Source: Aplysia californica
Taxonomy: Eukaryota
Assembly (NCBI RefSeq): GCF_000002075.1
Contig: NW_004797546.1
Location: 88,274 to 152,273 of the forward strand
Direction of reading: 5' to 3'
Length of the DNA stretch: 64,000 nucleotides
Positions 11,275-24,828 of the stretch are shown here, piece by piece. The notes beneath the pieces were generated by a model. That model did not search any database. It was given only the letters and a program-made list of their open reading frames with translations, and was not told the DNA's origin. Each line of letters begins with the position of its first letter. Position 1 is the stretch's first letter. A program made the position numbers and the translations under genes.

Positions 11275-11790
11275 GGGGGCTCTTGTGGCCTGGAGGTTAA
11301 GGTGTTGGCCTCTCATTCGCCAAAGGTCCCGCGGTTCGAATCCGAAAAATTTTCTTATCTAAAATAGTCTCCTTTCACCTCCTTTTCTGCTCTCTAGCAA
11401 TGTTCTGTGGTCTGCTTTCGTCTTCTCTTTCTGCCCCCACCCCCTCACCTCCTTTGCTCCCTCCTCTGGGCTCCTAAATCTTTCTGCAGCCTTTCTACTG
11501 CTACTCCTTGGCTCCTTCTTACGGCTGTCTTTCAGCCACACCCCTGATCTTCTGGTAGGAAAGATCTACACTTACCCTTCTCGGACAAGGGCGAAAAATC
11601 TCAGAGGGCCCGTGCGCAAGTTGCGCACGTTAAAAACCCCTTGGTGGTCTAAAATTAATAAGAGTTGGCTTCGGCCGCCACCCGGACAAAATATACAATT
11701 TCCTACCAACTAAAAATATTAGGTGTGTCCCGCGCGCTCATATGAACTTATGCAGTTGCCAGCGCTGAAAAACACTTATAAAAAAAACAA
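11275..11790 (+). mobile_element. tRNA-derived SINE with a Deu/Nin-like central domain and LINE-derived tail
   Basis: A box TGGCCTGGAGG, B box GGTTCGAATCC; central TCGGACAAGGGCG..GGGCCCGTG..GCACGTTAAAAACCCC..ACCAAC; tail CTCATATGAACTTATGCAGTTGCCAGCGC plus A-rich end. Confidence 0.75.
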
Positions 11791-14700
11791 TGCAACCAGC
11801 GACCGGACATAACAAACTGACAAAAATCTGGAGATATGCAAAAACTTCTTTATTAAATTAACTTAAAATAGCAATACATTTAGTAGCAAATCAGTATGAG
11901 TAATGAGCCTTGATCGACGGTGGCACCTGGTCATAGAAGGAAGCATCGTATAACTAGGGGCACCATCAGGACTCACGATGAGGTGAAACTTCACACGTTA
12001 TGCTAGCAGTATCACATGGCAGCTCAACGACACTGAAGGGGTTTGCTCATAAACGCCCATGCACACACAACCATTGCCATTAGTGGGAAATACAGGTACT
12101 TGTTGAACTTAAAAGGCTATTCAAAGAACTTGAAATAAAAGAAAATAATACTTAATACAGATTGCCGGTGCTTGCTATGAATTGTCTCAAAATTGTGGTT
12201 AAATAAGACAAATACTTTCATGGATTTTATTTTTTAGTGACAAGAATCACTGACTATTGCAGAATGCAACCCCCACCCCCCATAATAAAACTCACACTAC
12301 AATTGCTGCCCTTACCCTTCTTTACAAGAAAATCCAGATGCAATATACCAATATTTTGAAATTGATGGGCATTCCTTATAACCAGCCTTAATAAAACGTA
12401 TTTTCAGAGTTTTTAAAAGGAATAATATGTACATCAAAGGAACGACTGTACATAACATTAATCAATATCGGTTCAGTAAAGTGGATATACAAACTATAAA
12501 ACTAAAACAAAGCCTTGTCGAAAACGCCAAGACAGAACAATGTGAATTAAAGCTTTGTCACTGAAAAATCTTTAATTATTATGTAATTACACTCCAAGAG
12601 CAACAGAAACAAGGCCCTCCCAGGAACTTCTTTCGTCTAGTTGAGGTCAAGATTAACATTTACCCTGTAACTAAAAAAAAACAAAAACCCAAAATGTTTT
12701 AAAGAAGGGACTTAAGACAAAACATCTTCCCTTTAAAGCCAACAAAAATGTAATTAACTGAAGTTTTACTTCGCAGCTTCAGCCTTTTAGATCATTCAGG
12801 AGGTGGGTTGCTTCCACCCTCCCTGTTGAACTGAGAGAGATACAATGTCCCAGAAAAAAAAGCTGGAGAATCACGTACTGAATAAAAAAATTTCTCGCAA
12901 CATGGGAATCAAACTCAGGACTCCTGCATAGGATGGAAAGCACCTAAATGCTCCACCATAGAAATGGTCTCTTTAAAGCTGAGACGGTATGATGGGCAAC
13001 AGACCAATTTGTTAACCCAAACCAAGACAGTGCTATGGAGATTGAAGACGAAGCATTTTTTTTCGTAGCGGAAATCGCGCTCAAAGTCTTTTGCAAGCAG
13101 GGTGAAGAGTTGAACAATTGCGCCTCACACGGCAGTAGATTCAAAATAGGCAGTGAAAGTCAGTAAAAAAAATTATGCTATGCACACATCTCTATAGTCT
13201 AATGTGACGTCTCCTCAAATGTATTCTAAAATTAACAAATGACTCTGCAAGCTTTCTTTGTCTCAAGTGACCAATATAAAGAAAGGGAAAGTTCAAAGGT
13301 TATCATACTTTTCTCATTTACAAAAAAACAACAACCGAACAAACAAAAAACTCACTAAAAAACAAAAAATAAACCAAAGTAATGATGACAGCATATACAC
13401 ATAAATATAACCAAAACTGCTACACAACAGACAATCAGTATCAAATGAACTGTCAGTCGAGTTCTTCAACGCTCAAGAGAATAAGGGACAGGTTATACCA
13501 ACTGTCAGAGGAAACACAAAGAACAGGAATTGATAAGAACATTTGAAAAAAGGTAGATGTGCAGTTAATGTGAGTGACGGTAATATCTTCAGGTACACAG
13601 AAATATCGAAATTTCACTAAACATAGGCTGTTTGCTTTATATCCCTTGCAGTTCGAACAAGGGTCTCTTATTTAATTTTAACACAGACCAAGCCATGAAG
13701 TGGAAAGTACGAAAAATGATAACGCCTCTGACAAAGAAAAACATTGATATTGACTCTGGACTTATAATAAATATTGCAACAGGCAGGATCATTGATGTTT
13801 GCTGTAGTTTGAATTCAACACTCTTTTATGCACAGACCAGCTCATTTGGAAGAATGAGAGTTTATGATAGCATTTGTTGTAGTCCAATTGCAACACTCCA
13901 TTATACAAGTACATGTACCGGTCATTTCATAGACAGAACATTTTTTTTTCACTAGTCAGGACTTCTGGCAGAAAACAAACTTTAAAGAAAAGTACCAAAG
14001 AAATGATAACATTTTTGTCAATATCAGCATGAATTTCTAACATCAGCACGTAAAAACATAGCACTAATCATATCATAGTTGGCATAATGGTGACCACTTT
14101 TCAAGACAAAGCAGATTTGTACAAATGTAATACTGAACGAAAACAGAGCATCCACCAACCACCTGCGGGGATTTTTGACAAAGCATCTCAACAGAAATGA
14201 ATACCCAGGAGGTGGAGATCAATTCAGTAGCAGTCAGTGTCACCCTCTCCCCCTCCCCCATACATCCATCTCTAAACTCTGGATAATTAATTTTTGTAGG
14301 AAGGTGGGTTTGTTTAAGGGGCAAATTAATCCTCACCACAGTAGATTCTTTAAAACAGTTTAGTGATAAGTTTGATATAGTAATTGTATATATCTAAACT
14401 GACACAATTTACATCATTTTGTCAAAAGATTGGAGACTCGACATATCTGACAGATGGGAAAGATGTAAATCATACAAGTAGCATGACCCTACAACCTTAT
14501 AGTTGTCCCAGTTGATAAAAAGCAACTAAAAACAAAGGCATCCTGAAGGAGCTGTGAAAAGGCATATTCATTGGACAAGAAAGTTGAAGGAGTAACTGCA
14601 CACGTTGGCTGTGCCTCTGGCATCAATTTGTGAACAAGAAGAAAGGCTTCATTTGAAGAGGGGGGGAAAAAAACACTTACAAAAAACGGTATTAATTTCA

Positions 14701-15549
14701 CTCATCTAAAAACTGAATTAATTTAATCAGTTTGCCCTTGGTCTAAAGGCCAAATTGCTTCAAAGACTATTTTTAAAAAATTGACTTGCAATTCAATTAA
14801 TTTCTGTGTAAATAGCCCATTGTATTATCATCACTTGTAAAGGCTGCCAAATGCATGTAAAAAAGCTAATATTTAATCTACTTGGTCAGCTGATTACATT
14901 TAGGAGCAGTAAAGTATGTCAGAATCATTCTGTCAAGAGCATTCAATCAATAAGTTCCAGCAGCTCTGAACTACATTGTTCAAGAACTACACTGCATATG
15001 TACAAATAATAATACAAGGCTGTATAGGGAAATTACAACATGAGTGAGTTCATAAGTTTCTTGATAATATAGTGAAAAAAACATCCCCACCAATATTGAT
15101 CACCTTATCTTGTTTTTCAAACATAAAAATGTTCATCAAAAAAGGATTGGCTATTAACTTTTTAGGATTCCAACCTAACATTAGAAACAAAAATAGAATT
15201 AAAAAAAAATAAAATAAAATAAAAGCTGCAATACCCAAAGCAGTACAGTGCAGCCAAAGTTTAATGAACTGCTTGAATCCCAAGACAATCATTGAGACAA
15301 GAACTGCCATTCTTGGGAAAACGCAAGAGGACAGACATATCTGAGGCAGACTCCAAGCCCTTATTGTTCATGGCAGGTGCTCAAACACAGAAAATAAATA
15401 ATGAATAGATGAAAAAAACCCACACTCCAACATGTTATTCAAAATGGTGAGAACAATTCAAATACAGAATGAGCACTCACACAAAAACTGCAAAGTTTTA
15501 GACAATAAACCCCCATAATAAAAAAGGGTCTGATCCAAAAAGGTACATA

Positions 15550-15985
15550 CGTGAGGCAGCGTGGTGAAATCAGGCGCTCGTCAAAATAAAACAATCTGAG
15601 AAACAGGCACTTTTCCGCCAGTTTTGAAATTTTTATAGAATTTTTATTTTTTGGCTTAACCTGTTTTAGGTCCATATAAAAACACATTTCCATGTGAATT
15701 TTGCAGAAGAACATTGAATATGGCACAAAACGTGTCCTTATTCAGTTTTCTAAGACTCTTTAGCTATTGGGAGTTACCGATCTTCGGCGCCCATTTTCTC
15801 GCTCATTTCACCACTGAAACCAGGTGACCTCACTTCCTTAAATTGCAAATATTTTGAGTTCTATTCAAGATAAATGGATATTTATTTCATTTGAAGCAAG
15901 GCAAATAAATCAGTTTTCAGATGATATCAATAACTCCACATGCCCAAAAATTGACCAGCGCCTGATCCCACAGCGTCGTGACACA
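15550..15985 (+). mobile_element. ~440-bp MITE family, copy 2
   Basis: GTGAGGCAGCGTGGTGAAATCAGGCGCTCGTCAA...GCGCCTGATCCCACAGCGTCGTGACACA. Confidence 0.75.
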
Positions 15986-16243
15986 TATTTGGCTGATGAT
16001 GAGAAATAGACGTTAATGGTGGTATCAGAGGATTTGTTGGTGTTCAAAGGGTTTATTTATTACTCATTTTTCCTCTTGTCACAGAACAGAAGAAAACCTC
16101 CACATTATATTATAAGGGCATAGGTTCAATTACAGACAATTCCTGAACTTGTATGCCACACTGAACAGGTCATTGACATCCTACTTACATAAAGCTGGAT
16201 AAATTATCATGTACAAAGTGTGAAATATCCAAGATGTCTGTAA

Positions 16244-16384
16244 TACGGGGTGCCCACTACGGATGGGATCGGCCAATCGGGCCGATCGCCCGACTCGGTC
16301 GCTACAAAACAAACGTGTCTGTTTTCAGTTTCAGGCAATCAAGTCGGGCGATCGGCCCGATCCAGCCGTAGTGGGCACCCCGTA
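16244..16384. mobile_element. 141-bp hairpin MITE
   Basis: 19-bp TIR TACGGGGTGCCCACTACGG, inner IR ATCGGGCCGATCGCCCGACT, TAA on both flanks. Confidence 0.8.
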
Positions 16385-19064
16385 TAAGAGTTAAATTGAG
16401 ACAAACCAACACAAAAATGTCACTCAGATGAAAGACGGATATAGCGGGAAAAGAAGTAGTTCCTATCTGAACCACTTCCAACAGGTCACTACAATTCAGG
16501 AAATGAAGGATCGAAACGCAGTTTACAGTGTTGTCCGTGTGGTCACAACATTTCCCTAAGAAAACATATTGTGACAATGAAAAGAAGTGGGTGTAGACAA
16601 CATCAGAAAAGCCACCAACCAACCACAAATTCCAGTTAAATCCAGACAAGGGGCCCCCCTTATTTTATTATTGCACTATAGGAACACCAGGCCACGCTTC
16701 ACAACAACAGCAAAAGTACCACAAACGGGTGGGCACAAGAGGAAATTAGCACAAACCCGTGTGACTCAGCATCAACGGAAGCATGTCCCCAAAGATTTCC
16801 ACAATATTTTAGCGCACCTGTTATGTACAAATATTCATACATTCAAACCACACACAGCATTGGATCATGTCTCAGGGTGAGGCTTTTTTCTCACAGTCAT
16901 AAATTTGACATCTTTACTTTACTAACATCCTGCCTGTGAGTAAGACAAATGTCACAGTATAGAAATTATAGGCCAATTTCAACCATATTGCACACCCCAT
17001 GCAGCCCACCTTTATAAGTCACTATGTTAAAAGCTTGGAAAATTCAGAATGACATATGGCAAAAATGTCCCAGCTTTGGCCACCACATTTGTCACAATAA
17101 TAAGTCTTGTCACTCCAACACAATGACAACAAAAAACCCTCAGTGGTCCCACACCAGACTAGGCTGAAGCAAATCCTGATAATATCTTAATTCTGACAAA
17201 AAAGTAAGACAAAACACTAAATCCTGAAACAAGTTCCCTCGGAAGGAAGTTTTCAAACTGATCAATACGATGAAACCATACACGAGGTGTCACTGAACTA
17301 GGCTTGCGCCATAGAGTTTATATGATGACAAAAGTAACAACATATTTTATCAGATTTGGGTACCAACTCTGAAAACAGTTCAAAACATCCGCACTCTTAA
17401 AACTGCAAATGATCCGTACTCAGGCAACTTTTTTCATCAACTCCATGTAAATATAAACATTTCTCCTCAATTGTCAAATCTACGGAATAGCTTAGCGTTG
17501 AATGTAGTCGTTTTGCTATTACATATAAAAGAAGGGCACTTCTCCTCATCCTCAAGTGACGCAACGTGTCTCCATTTTCAGAGGCCAGATATCAGCAAAT
17601 ACCAGAGAAATCCAAGATCCAGGTTTACTAACACAAATCAGTTTTCAGATATGCTTGTTATGTTGACAATTCCAACCCCTCACTGAAACAAACTGCAACA
17701 ACAAAAGCTCCTGAGCACTTCATTATTCATATCTGAAACAACAGCAACAGCCCCCCCCCCCCCTCCCCAAAACAAAACAACAACAACAAACAAACAAAAA
17801 AACCAAAGAAAACCAAAAAAAAACAACCCGCAACAAAACCAAAACAATTCAGACGAACAGAGTTCATAAGGATTTAAGTCTTGTTAGAATACTGCACTGC
17901 ATATTGGGTTGATTCTTTTTTTTGTTGTTTGAGTAAAGGGTTTTACAGCATATGAAACACAAATAGGTCATATAGGTGTTGAAGATTAGATGTGTTACAA
18001 GAGAGTAACATAAAACAAAAAGAAGGAGAAAGATCAGGATGACAGATGCTTGGTAGGAAAGAGGGGGAAAACCACACCAAGGCACCAGCCAACCATTCAC
18101 ATATATTCATAGCACACAGTGAAAGCAAAATCCCTTCTGCAAAACCAGATTGGTAACTGCCTAAATCCCCCCCTCCCCTGAAACCAGGGCCTCAGGATAA
18201 TAATATATTCTCAATCGCTGAAAGTAACCAGAGAACTGCCTCAACAAACACTAGACATTAATACATCATCACATTTAGGACACACAGCTTGCAAATTAGA
18301 GCATGCTCAGAGCAACAATAACTCACCCTTGGCGTAAGCATATGGATGAAAGTAGACTGAATATAGAAAAATAAAATAAAACGCAGATAAACTGCCACCA
18401 CGTCAAAAGTTTTAATATTAAAATGGCAACCTGCGGCAAAGTATTTCCAACTTAGAACAATGCAACCTTCATTTTCTCTTCACCTTTAAATGTACTCGTT
18501 GTTAGCAACTATCTTAGACAATACATGACTTCTTTTTTACTCAACTTTTTGTATCAGAGACACTGCTGATTTCTACTTTATTGGGGTAATCTATTCATAT
18601 TTTACCGTTTACAAAAACCCATGATATAATTCTACTTTAAATTTTGCATAACACTTCCCAAAATTGTTTAGCATCACACAAAGTCAGCAACAATAGGAAA
18701 AAAAGAAGATTCCCCATCCCTCTATGGTAACTGTCATTAAAAATGTCCACGTGTGAGTTAATGACCAAGTGGCTTGGTAACGGCCAGCTTATCACTTCAG
18801 CACACAAGAAGTGCTTACTGAAGAACATTCTTGATCTTCATGGAACAGGGAAGTGGTACGATAAACCCCCATCCACCACATGCTGATCTGCATAATATTG
18901 AAAGAAACCACACTATCTTTGAAACATATTCTAAAAAATGAAAGACATAAATGATCAGATACAATATCAAAATGTATAAAGTTTCATTGTCAAAAAATAG
19001 TTCTTGTTTTTGATGTTACAATCATTAATTCAAATCCAATTACATCTCACGTATTGAAAACAAA

Positions 19065-19500
19065 TGTGAGGCATCGTGGTCAAATCAGGCGCTCGGCAAA
19101 ATAGTGAAATAGAATAAAAAGGTATTCTTCCACCAGTTAGGCAATTTTTTATCAACATTTTGTTTTTTGGCTAAACACTTTATGAGTTTGTGTGAAAACA
19201 CATTCCCATTTGAATTTCAATTAAAATCGTTATTTACAGGCAGAAAAAAAGTAATTTTCAGTTTTCAAAGACTCTTAAGCCTTTTAAGTTACCACACTTT
19301 GGCTGCCATTTTCCCATTAATTTTACCACTGAAACAGGGCTATCACACCTCCTTTAATCGCAAATATCTCGACTTCTATTCAAACTAGATGGGTATTTTT
19401 TCCATTGAAAGTAAGGCAATTGGACAGGCTTTAAGATGATACCAATAACTCCATATGCCAAAAAATTGACGAGCGCCTGATTCCACCGTGTCATGACACA
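19065..19500 (+). mobile_element. ~440-bp MITE family, copy 3
   Basis: TGTGAGGCATCGTGGTCAAATCAGGCGCTCG...GAGCGCCTGATTCCACCGTGTCATGACACA. Confidence 0.75.
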
Positions 19501-21324
19501 AATGGAAATTATGAAGTCCAAGAGCAAAGAAGGTCTTCACATGAGACAGAACTATCTGTACTTATACACCAGTTCATATGAGACAACACATAAATATCAA
19601 CTATGCTCTTTGTTGAGGAAGAAAAAAAAACGCCACCTCACTAACATTTACTCATTGGAAATCTCAACACCCTAAGTGTAGCATAAAAACTTGAACCCTT
19701 ACTCAGGCGATTGAATAACACATCCAATCTTCAAGTACAAAACCCGAAAATCAGAGCAGCTACAAGCATAAAAAGTCAACATTTCACTTACATGCCATTA
19801 TCGAAGTACGGCCAAATGAAGTGGAGCGAAAGTAAAACTTTTTATTTCTGGCAGAGGATTTTCTCACTGAAAACCAAGCAAGTTTGGTGAAAATTTTCCT
19901 TTCTGACTGTAATCGGAAAAAACATAAGGTCAACATTATTCAGAGAAACTCTAATCCACAAAAAAACAAAAGCAGGGAAGTGAATTTCCTATCAGACAAT
20001 TCACAGGGAAATATCTAGGCAAGAAAATAATGGTTTGTGTGAGTCATAAGGTGGAAGAGATGAAGAATTTGTGGAACCTAAAATGCTGATGCAAGTTTGA
20101 GACTTAACAATTTTTTCATTTGATTGACCACATGCACAACGTAAACTCAAAACAAATAAGGGGTCACGTCACAGACCAGCAGAACTTCATTCTAACAGGC
20201 AAGTCACTTCCCTGTCATCAATTTTTGAATGGAATTCTGTTGATCTGTGACCTGATCCCATTTTCGTTTTGTAAAGGTATCACAACATTTATGTGCATAC
20301 TTAAAAATGGTTACCTTTTCATGAGAAATAAATAGCTCAGACACGCAGGATCAGTTGACACATATTTCACATCAATAAATGTGTACAGCCCTAGCATTTC
20401 ACATTTCTGTAATTTTGTGCTCTACTTTATCAATTTCCTTAACAAAAATTAGTTATGGCAGCAAGAATACGTATCAGTTCAAATCAAAATTGCATCCCGT
20501 AAAATGAACACCTATTCTGTAATGACAATCAAGGATGCAGATTAAAAATAAGCAATAAGCAATCAGTAAAAAAATGGAAAGTACACATGGTCCTAGTTGC
20601 AGATCATGATGCTGTATCGGAACAAAGCAACAGTAAACAGTTTTCAGCTGAACAAGATATGCAGCAATGCACATCTACGGAAGTCAAAAACTTGCTTAGC
20701 AGGAGAAAACAACAGATTTAACACAAATACATTGACAATTTGGAAACCATTAATTGCTGTTACATCTCACAATCTTAAGACAGAAGCTCAGAGACAGTTT
20801 TACAACTAGTCAGTCAATATCATCTGGTCTGAATGACTAATTTTTCACACCTTGTATTAAATCCTTATATCAGAGCAGTTATCTTACAGCATCATTTGCA
20901 CTTTCTGATAATATGGGAAGCCTGGGTCACTTATAAAACAGTGTATATGCCCCACAAGCACAACACAATTAGAGCTCAGTTTTGGCTATAATTGTCTTGA
21001 AAAAGTGAAAGTGGGGGTACATCAAACATAATCACAAGGGGAAGAAGACTGGTATGATCTCAATACAGTAGGGTAAACGCATCACAAGGCTTTCTTAAAC
21101 TGTGACATTACGATGCAATCAGTGCAAAGTAAATATTTCAGACAAAAATTTTAGATTTTAAGCTCATTTACAACCCTCCATTCCCCTCTCTTCTCCTTAA
21201 AACGTGGATGCAAGGAAGAAAGACAGAGGTCATACATTATTGAAGGAGACTTCAGACTACTCAACAGCTCCTGGAGCATGATCACCTTTAAAAAAAAAGT
21301 AGGAGTATTTACACCCCCATAGAC

Positions 21325-21509
21325 AGAATTTAGATCATTTAAGAGGCAGATTTCTGGTTCTGCCTGTCAGGGTCAACCTGGGCTGAGAGGGATACAACAT
21401 CCCAGCAGTAAGACTGAGATACTTGACAAAAATTCTCCCCACTTGGGAACTGATCTCGGGTCTCCTGTGTTCGACGGCAAAGCGCTTAACCACTACACTA
21501 CAGACGTCG
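21325..21509 (-). mobile_element. tRNA-derived SINE
   Basis: Reverse strand GACGTCTGTAGTGTAGTGGTTAAGCG...AGTTCCCAAGTGGGGAGAA; body similar to 12800-12960 and to the last ~40 nt of the window. Confidence 0.65.
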
Positions 21510-22264
21510 ATATGCTCACCTATTTTCAAGAATAGACAATACAAAGTTGGAATTCAGTGTATAAAACAAGACAGCTGAAATATATATGTATGGAAATCAA
21601 TTTCATGATAAGTGCTCTTCTACACCCTCCCAAAAAGCAAAGAAGTTAAAAAGTATTCATTGAAAATAATTACAACCCTCAGGTAGCTTCATACAGGAGT
21701 TGTAAATTAACTAAAGCTTTTACAGTGGCATAAATACAAATTTCAAATATCTTGAAAACAGACGACGGCCTCGCAAAGTGACTTGTACAATAAAAATCAC
21801 ATGATCAAACTCATAATTCAAGTGATTTCCCAAGGTGCGACTGGTCTTTTAATATATTTCGGCATAATCACAAGAGGTGGTAATAGTGATGGTAAAAGCA
21901 ATATAAAATAGTTATAATAGTTGTTTTTTATTTACATTAAAAAAAAGTATTTTGCTAAATGTGACCTGAGCCTGTTGTTACAAAAAAAAAAAAAAGCAAT
22001 CCAGTATAACTGGTAAAAGTTGCAAGTCTTAACACACTCAGAACACTGAGGGATGTCTTTTAATGACTAGTATCCGTTACAGCAGGAGTTAGTCCACTGA
22101 AGGTGACTTTATGTCATGCAGCTATTACGAGCTATTCAATTTGAACTTGTCTTTTTGCATTTTATGTATAGAAATCTTCAACTTGGTCATTCTAACAGCT
22201 GTTTACTTAAATGTCTTTTATATTTGGCTGCTACTGTTTAGTAATTTAAAATAATTTTTATGTA

Positions 22265-23448
22265 TAGAGTGGTGTTGCCGGTTCGCGTGCACTTCGCGAT
22301 CTTTGAACCTATTTTCCGCCATTTCCGGCTTTGTACTTTCGTTTTAAGTTATTCCATTAAAAAAACTATTGACCTATAAAAAAGTCTTGTTCATAGTTGC
22401 CAGCTTTCTTAAACGCTGTGTGCCCAACAGTTTTTCCGATCTTGGGCGTTCTCTTCACTGTGCGTGCATGTCTTCTCAGTGCGTGCATGGGAATCTTCAC
22501 TGTGCGTGCACCCATATATATACAAGTTGAAAGCCAACAGAAGAGAAATCTGATAACATTTGTGCATTAAATGACCACACAGGAAGACAACAAGTCACTT
22601 TAGAAGCAAAGTAAGGCAACTTCACTCTGAATCTAAACTAATTTAATTTAGGGGGAACAAATAGTTCAAATACTTAGTGGAACAAATCAAATAGCATTTT
22701 TAACAACTAAAATCCACACTTTCCAACTCTTCATCACTCATTCCTCTGATCTTTTCAACTTTCACACACTCCACAGGCCACCATCCATGACATTCATCAC
22801 ACTGCAACCATCTTTCATACGGATACTTATTCTTACATCCACAACAAGACTGCTCTTCCTCCACATTCTCTCCATCTGAAGACTCATCCACTTCCACTTC
22901 CATGTTCACAATCACTTCATCCACATCCATATCATCATACACATCTAGCATTGCAACCTCCTCAAGTTGAAAAGTGCTGCACAAAATAATCACTAGATTT
23001 GAGCCTACTTTTGGCTTAAAATTCTACTATATATTCATTGTGCATGCGCAGAGAAAACTTGAGTTTTTTCAGGCTTCACAACGCGTGCAACCCCCCGATC
23101 CAGAAACCCGCATTACAACTTGGCATAGAACTCGATAAAAGGTCACGTGAAACACTCAAGGAAGGAGTAGGCAAATTTTTAAAGCTAGGGGGCGCGCACA
23201 GTCTATTTGAACCAATCAGAAGCAAATAGGTCATCAAAACTAGTTCACAGGCAAGTGTTAAAAGTCAACTCGCCACAGCTGATAAAAACACTCTCGATGA
23301 TCCCTTGTGGACAAACGTGAGATGGAAGTAAACAAAAATGGCTGCTAAACAAACTGACGCATACAATCAAACGCAAAAATGCAATTTGAAGCTCAAAACA
23401 AAAGTGCACGCACCGAGAAGGCGCACGCGCAGGGGCTACACCGCACTA
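22265..23448 (-). mobile_element. Non-autonomous DNA transposon with imperfect TAG..CTA TIRs carrying a PHD-finger remnant
   Basis: TAGAGTGGTGTTGCC vs GGCTACACCGCACTA; subterminal CACTGTGCGTGCA repeats; ORF 22700-22993 CCGC..WLQCDECHGWW..EC..FSC. Confidence 0.55.
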
Positions 23449-24828
23449 TATATGTTTCATTTTGGTGATTTTTTTTTCTTTGCTGAAAAAGTGATTTCAT
23501 TTCTTTGAAATTTAACTATCTCTTTGGATCAGCTTTCTGGCATCTAATAACTTTTATCAGGTTTTCAAAATTTCAATTTGTTTTCATTCATCCCTTGAAA
23601 AATTATTTGTAGTATTACACAACTCAAAGTCAAGAACTAGTGCTATTAGCGAGCCATTACAATGAACAAATGAGACAAAATCCCATACAGTTTTATCATT
23701 TTCATGAATTTTATCATTTTCATGAATATGTACTCAAACTTAGTAAGGGTATTTTCATTTTCTTTTTCATTTTTTAAATCATGTTTTCTTTTTTCTGGAA
23801 CTCCGGTCTACACTGAACATTGACAACAATATCTCAAGGCCTCATTACCAACTACGAACTGGACTATGCGCAACTTATGAATAAGGCACCTAGGTCTCAG
23901 CTATCAATCTGTGCCAACAGTCCACTTACTCTGTTTGACCAAGGTTATTTCTTCACAAATTCAAAAGACAATCCCTATCGTCAAAATGTAACCAACTTGG
24001 CACAACTGATAGAGAAATAATACATGGCAGAATTTTTAAATATTTTATCATTTTCTGAAAAGGGATGGAGACACATATGTAGCGTAAACAAAAACCCAAA
24101 ACTGACATTATCTTCTATTAATAGACTTGTAAATATTCTTATCTCTAGACTACATCAAAAGTGATATTGTGTTTGTCACAAGAATACCCATTGCATAGGC
24201 ATTACTTGACCCACCGGACTTTCTTTTAGATACTAAAAACATTCAGAACAGTAACAGCAGTGATCTACAAATACAATATGGAGTCCCCACATTTACATCA
24301 GCAACAACTTTATAAGCCCCAAGACTTATCAGTTCTGTTTTATGATCGTGAGACATAAAACAAAAGCCATTTTTTAAATAACAGTCAGAGCTGATCTTTC
24401 AAAAAAATATTGTTATACGCATGCACATAAATATAAATGTGTGTGACTGTGTGTGTGTGTCTTCATATATAAACAAATGCAAACACACACACACATGTGT
24501 ATACATATATATGTCTTGTCCAATGAGGATGGGTTGACTCAGCTCTTGAGTTCAAAGATGTGAACAAAAAAAACCTCTAAAAATTTACTTCCAAACAGAC
24601 AAACTGAACTCTTACACATAATAAATGGCTTTGAAAGTATGACAAAGTGAAGACAACAGCTACAAGGCTTTAGGCACAGAGACGACAGACTACAGTCGTA
24701 ACAGTACATCAGTTCGATCAGAATGGAAAGTCTTAGCAAAGCCACAACAAAAACAGTCCATTCTGAGTGAGTTAATTCAGTGACAGACATGTCGTCTAAA
24801 TAGTTGTGAAATATTTTTTTATGAAATA

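Noticed and set aside
11275-11345. Possible tRNA gene (A and B boxes)
   Set aside because: No closable acceptor stem; continues into a SINE body and tail
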